Source: an uncultured Woeseiaceae bacterium
GTDB taxonomy: Bacteria; Pseudomonadota; Gammaproteobacteria; Steroidobacterales; Woeseiaceae
Direction: 5' to 3'
DNA: 64,000 bases
NCBI GenBank assembly: GCA_947258565.1
Contig: CAMYJB010000024.1
Coordinates: 7,553-71,552 of the forward strand
How positions within the stretch are numbered: position 1 is the stretch's first letter; the number at the start of each line of letters is the position of its first letter. A model generated the notes under the pieces. The model did not search any database. It was not told where the DNA came from and was given only the letters and a program-made list of their open reading frames with translations. The position numbers were made by a program, and so were the translations under genes. Shown here one piece after another: positions 46,607 through 55,515 of this stretch.

Positions 46607-49264
46607 TCAGTCGAAGTACATCCGCAGCGTCAACCCGTACGTACGCGGCTGGTTCGGGTAGCCGCTGTAGCTGAACGGTACAGCCAGGTTCTGGAAGGTC
46701 GTCGGGAATGCACTCTGCAGGTACTCGTCGTCCGTCAGGTTGCGGCCCCAGAGCATTGCTTCGAAGCCGTTATCCCAACGCAGGCCGATGCTCGCGTTGA
46801 CCATGCTGACCTCGCGCGATGCGACGTTCGCCGGCACGTTGGAGATGACCTGCACCTCATCTTCGAAGTAGTACTCGGCACGCACGAAGCCGGACATGGT
46901 CGCACCGATGTCGAACGACCAGCGTGCCCAGGTATTGATGCTGGTCTCGCTGACACCCGGGACCTTGGTGCCGCTCAGGTCGGTGGGGCCGAAGATGCCC
47001 GGCGCGTTCTGGTAGTCGTCGTAAACCGGATCCAGGAATGTGCCCGCGATGAACCACTCGAAGTTCTCCGTGAGCGCCCAGAGCACGTCGATCTCGACGC
47101 CCGTCGTCGATTGTTTACCCGCGTTGACGAGGACGAAGCCGGTTCCCTGGAAGACGTTCTCCTGGAAGCCCTCGATTTCCTGATCGAAGACGGCCAGGTT
47201 GAACGACCAGTTGTCGAACGCGCCCTTGAGGCCGATCTCATACAGCGTGGAGTCCTCGGGTCCCGCGAAGCGGGTACCGGACTGCAGGTTGGGCACGCCG
47301 AGGCCTGCGTCGACGAGTTCCTGGGCGTCGAATGGCAACGAGTCGCGCGACAGGTTCCACGACGTGGCTTTGAAGCCGGTGCCGGCGCTGACATAGCCAT
47401 TCAGCTGGTCGGTGATGTCGTAAGCAAAGCGTGCCGTCCAGGTCGTCTGATCGTCCTTCGAGTTACCGGGCTCGACCGAGTTCGGGAAATTGGCGAAAGG
47501 TGGCAGAATCTGCACCGCCTGCAGGGGCAGGAACGGGTTGCAGATTTCGCCGGGTGCGCCGGTGCACTCCACGCCCTTGAACTGGTTTGCAACATCCAGT
47601 GCGGCCGCCTGACAGGCTGGCAGTCCAATAACGCCGCAAGTGCCATCGTCGATCAGGCTCTGCAATGTCGCCCCGAAGATCAACGGCTCGCCGATGTCGT
47701 CTTCCAGATCGACCCAGGAAAAGACGTTGTCGTTCGCCGTGCTGACAGAAACGTCCTTCTCGTCCTCGGTGTAGTTGATGCCGAGCGTCACGGTCGCGCG
47801 GTCCGTCAGGGCAAAGTCGACCTGTGCGAACAGCGAGAGCGCCTGGTTGTCCAGCAGGCCCGTCTCGATCGTGCCCTGGCCGGTCGCGAGGAAGCTTCCC
47901 GGGCCGATAGGACCGACACCCACGCTCTCACCGAGGCCCGGCGCGAGACCGAAGCCGGCAATCGTCTGCTCGAGCAGGAGCACCGGCGACGGCACGGCGG
48001 GATCCAGGACTTGCGGCAACGTGTACGCGCCGGATTCAACACCCGCCAGTTTGGTCATCGTATCGACGTAGGGCCGTGCGCCTGCACCGAACAACACGCC
48101 GCTGTTCTGCTCGACGTCCTCGTCGAACCAGAACGCGCCGACCAGCCAGTCCATTTTATCGGTCGAACCCGACAGCCTGAATTCCTGGGTGAGGGTCTCC
48201 AGCGTGGTGTCGGTCAGGTTGGCCGCGGTTTCGTTCAGCAATTCCGCAGTCGTGAAATCGCCGTCGGAGTTGTCGAAGCGCTCCAGGTTACGGAAGGCCG
48301 TGATCGACGTCAGCAAGACCGCATCGCTCAAATCCCAGTCGAGCTGCAGCGACACGCCACTGTTCTCGATCTCGTTGACGGCGTCGAAGTTGAAGATTCC
48401 GTTGTAGGAAAACGGCTGCTCGGCGATGTAGTCGCCGCCGACGCCCGGCGAGCGAATACCGATCGCCGCGATGCCTTCGGCAAGGTTTGCCACGCCGCAG
48501 CAGTTCTCGTCGATCTTGTCGTAGTCGGCGATGAAGCGGGCCTCGAAGGTGTCCGAGGGTGCCCACAGCAGCTGTCCGCGCGCGCCGTAGCGGTTCAGCT
48601 CGTTGAATTCGGTGCCCGTTTCCAGGTTGGTGAAGTAGCCGTCGCGCTGGTTGTAGTTGCCGGACAGGCTCCAGCCGAAGGTATCCGAGAGGGGACCGGT
48701 TACGTCGCCCTTCACGATCACCTGGCTGTAGTCACCGTATGTCAGGGACGCAGACCCGGAGTAGGCGTCGAGGGACGGTTTTGCCGTCACGACATTGATG
48801 ACGCCGGCAGACGCATTCTTGCCGAACAGCGTGCTCTGGGGTCCCTTGATGACCTCGATGCGCTCGAGATTCGGGAAGTCGGCGATGCTGGCTGCCGAAC
48901 GCGACCGGTAGACACCGTCCACGAAGACACCCACGGACGGCTCGACACCCGCGTTGTTGGCGCCGTTGCCGAAGCCGCGGATCAGGAATGTCGCGTTGGC
49001 GCTCGACTGCAGCTGGCTGACCCGCAGCGAGGGCACGAGAAACTGCAGGTCCTTGATGTCCAGCACCTGAGCGTCGTTCATGACGTCGGCGGACACAACC
49101 GCTACCGCTACCGGAACTTCCTGCAGCGTCTGCTCGCGTTTCGTCGCGGTAACGAGAATTTCTTCGAAAATGGCCACGTCCGACTGCTGCTGAGCGAAGA
49201 CGGGCATGGCGACGATTATGGCGATCAGGGTCAGGACGCCACGAGAAATGGTCTTGATAGTCAT
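46607..49264 (-). CDS. TonB-dependent outer-membrane receptor
   Basis: ATG 49264 (MTIKTISRGVLTLIAIIVAMPVFAQQ). Plug motifs EEILVTATKREQTLQEVP, IEVIKGPQSTLFGKNASAGVINV. Terminal ...YGLTLRMYFD beta-barrel signature. Confidence 0.9.
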   Translation of the reverse strand: MTIKTISRGVLTLIAIIVAMPVFAQQQSDVAIFEEILVTATKREQTLQEVPVAVAVVSADVMNDAQVLDIKDLQFLVPSLRVSQLQSSANATFLIRGFGNGANNAGVEPSVGVFVDGVYRSRSAASIADFPNLERIEVIKGPQSTLFGKNASAGVINVVTAKPSLDAYSGSASLTYGDYSQVIVKGDVTGPLSDTFGWSLSGNYNQRDGYFTNLETGTEFNELNRYGARGQLLWAPSDTFEARFIADYDKIDENCCGVANLAEGIAAIGIRSPGVGGDYIAEQPFSYNGIFNFDAVNEIENSGVSLQLDWDLSDAVLLTSITAFRNLERFDNSDGDFTTAELLNETAANLTDTTLETLTQEFRLSGSTDKMDWLVGAFWFDEDVEQNSGVLFGAGARPYVDTMTKLAGVESGAYTLPQVLDPAVPSPVLLLEQTIAGFGLAPGLGESVGVGPIGPGSFLATGQGTIETGLLDNQALSLFAQVDFALTDRATVTLGINYTEDEKDVSVSTANDNVFSWVDLEDDIGEPLIFGATLQSLIDDGTCGVIGLPACQAAALDVANQFKGVECTGAPGEICNPFLPLQAVQILPPFANFPNSVEPGNSKDDQTTWTARFAYDITDQLNGYVSAGTGFKATSWNLSRDSLPFDAQELVDAGLGVPNLQSGTRFAGPEDSTLYEIGLKGAFDNWSFNLAVFDQEIEGFQENVFQGTGFVLVNAGKQSTTGVEIDVLWALTENFEWFIAGTFLDPVYDDYQNAPGIFGPTDLSGTKVPGVSETSINTWARWSFDIGATMSGFVRAEYYFEDEVQVISNVPANVASREVSMVNASIGLRWDNGFEAMLWGRNLTDDEYLQSAFPTTFQNLAVPFSYSGYPNQPRTYGLTLRMYFD

Positions 49265-49476
49265 TGGATCCCCCACCAGAGGTTGGCAAAAGCCTATAGA
49301 TTTCCTGAGGATATGCGATCCAATTCAGGTAAGCAATAGCACGAATCACAGTATGAGCGGCGGGCTTGTTCCGGTTCTTGGAGCAGTCGCAGCAACCGCG
49401 GTTCAATGTCCCGAACAGCTTTCTTCACGGCCTCTTCGTTTCCGCGGGTCCGGGTATTCTTCCGGCGCAATTCAAG

Positions 49477-50610
49477 CTAGCTGGCTTGCCTGATTTCATG
49501 GCGTGGCGTCACGCCGATATTTTCGATCAGGAAGCGGGTGACAGCTTTGCACGAATGCTGGCGCGCCCATGCGTCGCGCTGTCGTTCGGCGCCATTCCGG
49601 GTGATAGCCGAGCGCTCCAGGGCCGCCAGCAATTCGCTATCGCCCAGGTTCTCAGCTTCGCGCCTCGATAAATCGAACAACTGCTCGAGGGTCTGCATCA
49701 ACGGCTCGGTCTCACCGCTCCCGGAGACAATGACGGGCGCGCCGAGGCCCCACTTGCAGGCGCGGAAGTGGTTCTCGAGTTCCATCCAGTGCGGAAGCCG
49801 GGCCGGAAATGCCGAGTCGGGCATCTTCGGGTCTTCTGCGACGACAACCAGGGCACGTACGAATGCGGCGATTTGCGCAATGCGTTGCGCATCTACCTGA
49901 GCGTCGAATACGCGTATCTCGAGTGTGCCGAGGTCACCGTGCGGGCGCACATCCCAGTGCAGGTCGCGAAAACTCTCGACGGTCCGGGAACGAACAGCGG
50001 CGCTCAGCATGCGATTGAAGTGCGCCCAGGATTCGAAATACGGCGGCAATCCGTAGGTCGGATTCGACGCCAGCAGGCGCTGCCGGAAACACGAGTAGCC
50101 CGTGTCGACGCCGTGCCAGAAAGGCGAATTGGCACCGATCGCGAGCAGGACCGGCAGACAGGGCGCAACGCGGCGCATCGCACGGATCGCCGCGTCGCCG
50201 TCCCGGCAGGCGACATGGATGTGCGTCGCGAAGGTGACGGGGTGCAGCGCCGCAGCCCCGCTTCGTTCTCCGGACAGGCGCAGGTAACGCTCCGACGGCG
50301 TGACGATTGCAGGCTTGCGATCGAACGGATGCGTGCCCGCTGCCGCGAGCCGGAGACCCAGCGGCCTCGCGTGCGCATCGATGCGTGCCAGCACCGAGCC
50401 GAGTGATGGTTCGAGATCAGCCGCCGTCTCGCACGGTGGTGTATTGATTTCAATGCAGCACTGCAGGAATTCCGGCTTGATCAGCGCGTGCTCGCCGAGT
50501 TCTTCGGAGAAGGCCAGGATTCCGTCAGCAAGCTCGAGCGAGTCATCGCGAAGAAGCTGGAGTTCCCATTCGCAGCCCAGTGTCGGATTCGCCTGGGGAA
50601 CGAACTTCAT
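49477..50610 (-). CDS. ybdK: carboxylate-amine ligase, YbdK (GCS2) family
   Basis: LGCEWELQL ... CIEINTPP ... GTHPF ... THIHV ... NSPFW, typical of glutamate-cysteine ligase family 2. Confidence 0.8.
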   Translation of the reverse strand: MKFVPQANPTLGCEWELQLLRDDSLELADGILAFSEELGEHALIKPEFLQCCIEINTPPCETAADLEPSLGSVLARIDAHARPLGLRLAAAGTHPFDRKPAIVTPSERYLRLSGERSGAAALHPVTFATHIHVACRDGDAAIRAMRRVAPCLPVLLAIGANSPFWHGVDTGYSCFRQRLLASNPTYGLPPYFESWAHFNRMLSAAVRSRTVESFRDLHWDVRPHGDLGTLEIRVFDAQVDAQRIAQIAAFVRALVVVAEDPKMPDSAFPARLPHWMELENHFRACKWGLGAPVIVSGSGETEPLMQTLEQLFDLSRREAENLGDSELLAALERSAITRNGAERQRDAWARQHSCKAVTRFLIENIGVTPRHEIRQAS

Positions 50611-51800
50611 GGCTCGGCCGAAGCGTAATGGCGCAATGCCCAGCGCGCGATTGCGTCGAAAAATTCTGCGCCGATCGGCAGGACGTCCTCGTCAATGTCG
50701 AAGCGTGGGCTGTGCAGCGGGATGGGTTCCCAATCCGGGCGCCGCGCGCCGAGGCGGAAGAAGGCGCCGGGCACGTGCTGCAGGTAGTAGGAGAAATCCT
50801 CGGAGCCCATGCTTGCGTGTGGTGACGTCCTGAGCGCATCCTGGCCGTACACGCTGCGAACGCAGTCCCTGACAAGTTTGACTTCCGCGTCCGTGTTGAT
50901 GACCGGCGGATAGCCTTCATTGAGTTCGAGATGGATCTCCGCATCGTGCAGTTCGCCCATGGCCTCGACCATGCGGCGGATGCCTTTGTGGATGTGCTCG
51001 CGCGTGTCGGGGAAGGTCGTGCGAATCGTGCCCTCCAGCCGGGCCGATTCCGCAATGACATTGGCGGCCGTTCCGGCCTCGATTTTGCCGACCGTAACGA
51101 CCGACGGATGCACAGGATTGGTCTGGCGCGAGACCAGCGTCTGCAGCGTGGTAATCAGCAGCGACGCGATCACAACCGCATCGATCGCCTCGTGTGGTCG
51201 TGCACCGTGACCGCCCCTGCCCCTGATAGTGATGTGGAAACGGTCCGACTGCGCCGTCATCGCCCCTTTCCGTATCATGATCTTGCCGGTCGGCCATTCG
51301 TGGGTGACGTGGCCGCCGAAAATGGCGCGCACGCCGTCGAGCGCACCGGCGTCGATCATCACACGTGAGCCGCCGCCGCGTTCCTCGGCGGGCTGGAACA
51401 CGACTACCACGTTGCCGTCGGGTGGGTTCTGGGCCAGCGTCGCTGCGGCGCCCAGGACCATGGTCATGTGCGCATCGTGGCCGCACGCGTGCATGCGGTC
51501 GGAGTAGACCGAGCGGTAGGCCGGATCAGTAAGGTCGCTGCCGGGGAGTGCGTCGAGCTCGGCGCGTAACGCGACCGTCGGCAGCGCCGGGTCGGTCGTA
51601 ATGCGCCCGATGATGCCGCCACCGGGTCCCGGGTACGAGCAGGGGATGTCGAGGCGCTTCAGTTCGGCAACCACCCGTGCGGCCGTCTCGGCTTCGCCAA
51701 AAGACAGCTCCGGATGCCTGTGCAGCCAGCGTCTCAGTTCGACGGCGTGGCGTCGCCGGGCGTCGACGTCAGCCGGCAATTTTTCAGCCAGTTCAGTCAC
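50607..51800 (-). CDS. M20-family amidohydrolase (N-acyl-amino-acid/hippurate hydrolase type)
   Basis: RRWLHRHPELSFGE ... MHACGHDAH ... FQPAEE ... metal ligands. 4-nt ATGA overlap with ybdK. Confidence 0.85.
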   Translation of the reverse strand: MTELAEKLPADVDARRRHAVELRRWLHRHPELSFGEAETAARVVAELKRLDIPCSYPGPGGGIIGRITTDPALPTVALRAELDALPGSDLTDPAYRSVYSDRMHACGHDAHMTMVLGAAATLAQNPPDGNVVVVFQPAEERGGGSRVMIDAGALDGVRAIFGGHVTHEWPTGKIMIRKGAMTAQSDRFHITIRGRGGHGARPHEAIDAVVIASLLITTLQTLVSRQTNPVHPSVVTVGKIEAGTAANVIAESARLEGTIRTTFPDTREHIHKGIRRMVEAMGELHDAEIHLELNEGYPPVINTDAEVKLVRDCVRSVYGQDALRTSPHASMGSEDFSYYLQHVPGAFFRLGARRPDWEPIPLHSPRFDIDEDVLPIGAEFFDAIARWALRHYASAEP

Positions 51801-51933
51801 TTGAGCCTCCCTGCCGGCATAGTTCAGGCTACCTGACGGGGACCGGTGTGGCTATACGAGCATGTGCCTAGTTCGGATGCTTTGTGTACATATAACACTG
51901 TTCTTCGTGTGCTTTAGATACTAAGATATCATC

Positions 51934-52578
51934 ATGCCGTACACCTATGATCATCCGCATCCGGCTGTCACGGTCGACGTCGTGGTCTTTGCGATCAGCG
52001 ACGGGCGCCTCGCGGTCGTCCTGATCCGGCGCGCCCAGTGGCCGCACGCCGGCAAGTGGGCGATACCGGGCGGATTCGTCGGCATTGACGAGAGCCTGAA
52101 GCGCGCGGCCTGGCGGGAGCTGAGAGAGGAAACCGGGCTCAAGGCCGGCCACCTCGAGCAACTCGGCGCGTTCGGTCGTCCGGACCGTGACCCGCGCGAA
52201 CGGGTGATCACGGTTGTCTACATCTCACTCGCGGCTGTCGATCGGCTGCGGCTGGAAGCGGGCAGCGATGCGGCAGACGCGAAGCTGTTTTTCGTCGACG
52301 AATTGCCGGAACTCGCTTTCGATCATGCCCGGATACTGGGGCATGCGGTCGAGCGCCTGCGGGACAGGCTTGATACGCAAGGCGTCGTGCAACGATTGAT
52401 GCCGCAAAGTTTTACGTTGACGGAATTGCAGCGGGCTTGCGAATCCATCAGCGGGGCACCGACCGACAAACGGAACTTTCGCAAGAAACTCAGGGCGCTC
52501 GATGCCGTGGAACCGACAGGCGAGGTCCGGCGTGACGGCCCGCACCGCCCTGCGCAACTCTACCGCGCAAAGCGGTAG
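51934..52578 (+). CDS. Nudix hydrolase fused to NrtR-type winged-helix domain
   Basis: Intact Nudix box GGFVGIDESLKRAAWRELREETGL (Gx5Ex7REUxEExGU). C-terminal FTLTELQRACESISGAPTDKRNFRKKL like NrtR DNA-binding domains. Confidence 0.75.
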   Translation: MPYTYDHPHPAVTVDVVVFAISDGRLAVVLIRRAQWPHAGKWAIPGGFVGIDESLKRAAWRELREETGLKAGHLEQLGAFGRPDRDPRERVITVVYISLAAVDRLRLEAGSDAADAKLFFVDELPELAFDHARILGHAVERLRDRLDTQGVVQRLMPQSFTLTELQRACESISGAPTDKRNFRKKLRALDAVEPTGEVRRDGPHRPAQLYRAKR

Positions 52579-52669
52579 CAACGTGCCCGGGCGCGCGAGT
52601 CGTCGCCCGGGCGGGATTTTTCGAGGTCGGCAAGCCCGCCTGTGACGGCAGGCTCGCACGTCGGGAGTG

Positions 52670-53005
52670 CTAATCCTCCAGGTCGACGACTTTTGCGTCT
52701 GCAGCGTTCCTGGCGACGCTGCCGATACCGTTGTCGCGTCCGGATTCAGAGTCGTAACTCTGACTCACGCCGATAACCTGGCCGTTGGAAGCCTTCAGGT
52801 TGAAGCGGAACTTGCCGCCGGCCGTCTGCGTCTTGTCGAAACGCTCCGGAATGGCGGCATTCTTGCGAACGGATTCGATCCCGTTATCGCAGCTTCTCTT
52901 GCTGCTGTAGCCTTCGCTCGACAGGATGGTTTCACCATTGCCTGCTTTCAGTCGAAAACGGTGCTCGCCCGCCTTGTCTTTGTAACATTCGAATTTGCCT
53001 GCCAT
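52670..53005 (-). CDS. yegP: YegP-family protein (tandem DUF1508)
   Basis: Two repeats: FECYKDKAGEHRFRLKAGNGETILSSEGYSSKRSCDNGIESVRKNA and GKFRFNLKASNGQVIGVSQSYDSESGRDNGIGSV. Confidence 0.85.
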   Translation of the reverse strand: MAGKFECYKDKAGEHRFRLKAGNGETILSSEGYSSKRSCDNGIESVRKNAAIPERFDKTQTAGGKFRFNLKASNGQVIGVSQSYDSESGRDNGIGSVARNAADAKVVDLED

Positions 53006-53195
53006 ATCAAACCTGCTCCTTCATGTTTTTGTGATTGATGCCAACGGCATCCTCTGGGTTGCGGTAATCGCGAGACGGAATATAACGCGACCAGCCGTGG
53101 GTACACAAAGTCCTTGCAGGATGCCTTGCCCGCCGCGAGTCTTTGCGCCACAGTATGCGGCGTGCCTGCTCCGGGCACATGACAGAGGACTCGAT

Positions 53196-53852
53196 TTGCT
53201 GCCAGAGCTCACTGACAAGGAAGCCCGCGTCATCGGTTGCCTGATTGAAAAGTCCGTCGTGACGCCTGATCAATACCCATTGACGCTCAATTCGCTGACC
53301 AACGCCTGCAACCAGAAATCGTCTCGCGACCCGGTCATGAATCTTTCGCAAGGCGAGGTCCAGCATACGATTCGTGATCTCGAGGCCAAGCACCTCGTGC
53401 GTACGGATGAGAACTTCAAGAGCCGCACCGAGAAATACGTGCAGCGCTTCTGCAATACCCGTTACAGCGATTTCCAATTCGACGACGCTCAACTCGCAAT
53501 CGTGTGCCTGTTGCTGTTACGTGGCCCGCAGACGCCCGGCGAGCTCCGCTCTCGCAGCGGCCGGTTGCACACGTTTGCAGACAATTCCGACGTCGTGGCC
53601 GCGCTGACGAGCCTGATCGAGCGTGAGGGCGCGCCGCTGCTGGTCAGGCTTCCGCGGACGCCGGGCCGCAAGGACTCCGAGTACATGCACCTGTTTTCAG
53701 GGCCTGTGGATGTCGAGGCCTACGCGAGCCAGGCGCCTGCCGAGCGGTCGTCCTCGAGCCGGGCCAGCGTCCCGGATCTCGCCGAACGGGTCAGCAGGCT
53801 CGAAGCGGAGCTCGCCGCCATCAAGGAACAGCTCGGCATCGAGGATGACTGA
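53196..53852 (+). CDS. yceH: YceH-family protein (DUF480)
   Basis: TTG 53196, 6 nt after GAGGA. LTDKEARVIGCLIEKSVVTPDQYPLTLNSLTNACNQKSSRDPVMNL matches the YceH N-terminus. The longer ORF from 52995 overlaps yegP. Confidence 0.75.
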   Translation: MLPELTDKEARVIGCLIEKSVVTPDQYPLTLNSLTNACNQKSSRDPVMNLSQGEVQHTIRDLEAKHLVRTDENFKSRTEKYVQRFCNTRYSDFQFDDAQLAIVCLLLLRGPQTPGELRSRSGRLHTFADNSDVVAALTSLIEREGAPLLVRLPRTPGRKDSEYMHLFSGPVDVEAYASQAPAERSSSSRASVPDLAERVSRLEAELAAIKEQLGIEDD

Positions 53853-53858
53853 TACGCC

Positions 53859-55469
53859 GTGAAGCCCAGCACGCTACGGATCGGTTACCGGTACCGCCCC
53901 AAGCGTCTTGCGCCGGCCTATGACGCGATCGTCATAGGCTCCGGCATGGGCGGATTGACGACCGCGGCATTGCTTTCCGAACTCGGCTGGCGCGTTTGCG
54001 TCCTGGAACAGCACTACACGGCGGGCGGCTACACCCATTCGTACGAACGCAACGGCTACGAATGGGACGTCGGCGTGCACTACATTGGCGACGTCGGCAC
54101 GCAGACTCGCACCCGCAGGATGTTCGACTTCCTCTCCGGCGGCAAGCTCGCGTGGGCGGCGATGGCGGACGAATACGACCGCTTCTACATCGGTGACCGG
54201 GTCTTCAATGCGATGGCCGGCAAGCAGGCATTTCGCGACAACCTGGTCCGTCAGTTCCCGAACGAAGAACACGCCATCGATGCCTACATGGACCTCCTGC
54301 GGCAGGTCGGCCGGGCGCTGAGCGATCTCGGCATGGAGAAGGTCCTGAGGCCATGGCAACGCAAACTGGCCGCGCCCGTCGTGAAGCTGCGAACGCCGGG
54401 ATTCATGTATCGCAGCACCTACGAGGTGCTCAGTGAACTGACGCAAGACCCGGACCTCATCGCGACGCTCTGCGGGCAATGGGGCGACATGGGCCTGCCG
54501 CCGAAGCAGTCCGCGTTCATGGTGCACGCGATGATCGCGAGGCATTATCTTTACGGCGGCTTCTACCCGGTCGGCGGCAGCTGGCAAATCGCGGACAGCA
54601 TTATCCCGAAAATCCAGGCCGCCGGTGGCGAGGTGTTCACCTACGCGCGGGTCGCCAGGATCCTCGTGGAGGACGACGCGGTAACGGGCGTCGAGATGGC
54701 AGACGGCCATCGAATCGATTGCGGTACCGTGATCTCGTCCGCCGGTATTGCCAATACCTTCGAGAGCCTTCTGCCTGCCGGTGTTGCCGAGCGATACGGC
54801 TACGCGAACAAACTGGACGCCGTCCGGCCGAGCTTTGCGCATCTCGGGGTTTATATCGGGCTTAAGGGGACCGCCGACGAGCTCGGCCTGCCCAGGACCA
54901 ACTTCTGGATCTATCCGCACAATGACTACGACGCGGCCGTCGAGACGTTCGTGAAGGACAGGCACGCCGAATTCCCGGTCGTTTATATCTCGTTCCCGTC
55001 GGCAAAGGACCCCGATTACCTCAACCGTCACCCGGGCACGGCCACCGTCGAAATCGTCGCCCCGGCACCCTATGAGTGGTTCGAACCATGGCAGGGCACG
55101 ACCTGGGGCAAGCGCGGCGAGGACTACGACGCGTTCAAGCAACACCTGGGCGAGCGCCTGCTGCAGCATCTCTACGACAAGCTGCCGCAGCTGCAGGGCA
55201 AGGTGGATTACTACGAAGTCTCGACGCCGCTCTCGACCGAGTGGTTTGCCGCGTATCGGCGCGGCGAACTCTACGGGCTGGACCACACCGTGGAGCGATT
55301 CAGGCAGGACTGGCTGGGCCCGCGAACGCGCATTCCGGGCTTGTGGCTGACCGGGCAGGACACGCTGACCTGCGGCGTAACGGGTGCGATGATGTCGGGC
55401 CTGCTGACGACGATGGCGATGGTCGGCATGCGCCGGATGGCCCCCCTGATGAAGCAGATTTACTCGTAG
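53859..55469 (+). CDS. FAD/NAD(P)-dependent oxidoreductase, phytoene desaturase (CrtI)/retinol saturase-like family
   Basis: GTG start. YDAIVIGSGMGGLTTAALLSELGWRVCVLEQHYTAGGYTHS dinucleotide motif. About 536 aa. Confidence 0.75.
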   Translation: MKPSTLRIGYRYRPKRLAPAYDAIVIGSGMGGLTTAALLSELGWRVCVLEQHYTAGGYTHSYERNGYEWDVGVHYIGDVGTQTRTRRMFDFLSGGKLAWAAMADEYDRFYIGDRVFNAMAGKQAFRDNLVRQFPNEEHAIDAYMDLLRQVGRALSDLGMEKVLRPWQRKLAAPVVKLRTPGFMYRSTYEVLSELTQDPDLIATLCGQWGDMGLPPKQSAFMVHAMIARHYLYGGFYPVGGSWQIADSIIPKIQAAGGEVFTYARVARILVEDDAVTGVEMADGHRIDCGTVISSAGIANTFESLLPAGVAERYGYANKLDAVRPSFAHLGVYIGLKGTADELGLPRTNFWIYPHNDYDAAVETFVKDRHAEFPVVYISFPSAKDPDYLNRHPGTATVEIVAPAPYEWFEPWQGTTWGKRGEDYDAFKQHLGERLLQHLYDKLPQLQGKVDYYEVSTPLSTEWFAAYRRGELYGLDHTVERFRQDWLGPRTRIPGLWLTGQDTLTCGVTGAMMSGLLTTMAMVGMRRMAPLMKQIYS

Positions 55470-55515
55470 GTCACGGCCCGTATACTGTCCGGCAATTACG
55501 CGGAGGGACTCCAGG

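Noticed and set aside
46466-49339. 957-aa plus-strand ORF, the longest in its region.
   Set aside because: It mirrors the TonB-dependent receptor gene, which has the plug, the barrel and the terminal aromatic residue. The antisense product is low-complexity Arg/Val/Glu/Asp-rich, so it is a shadow ORF.
49265-49476. Possible riboswitch (for example cobalamin) or Fur box in the 200-nt leader of the TonB-dependent receptor.
   Set aside because: I could not find a B12-box-like element or a GATAATGATAATCATTATC-like palindrome by eye. A covariance-model scan would be needed to exclude it fully.
51801-51933. Candidate NrtR operator in the spacer between the M20 gene and the Nudix regulator.
   Set aside because: Only short elements (GATATC, an AGATA direct repeat) are present. 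There is no convincing ~20-bp inverted repeat, so no site is called.
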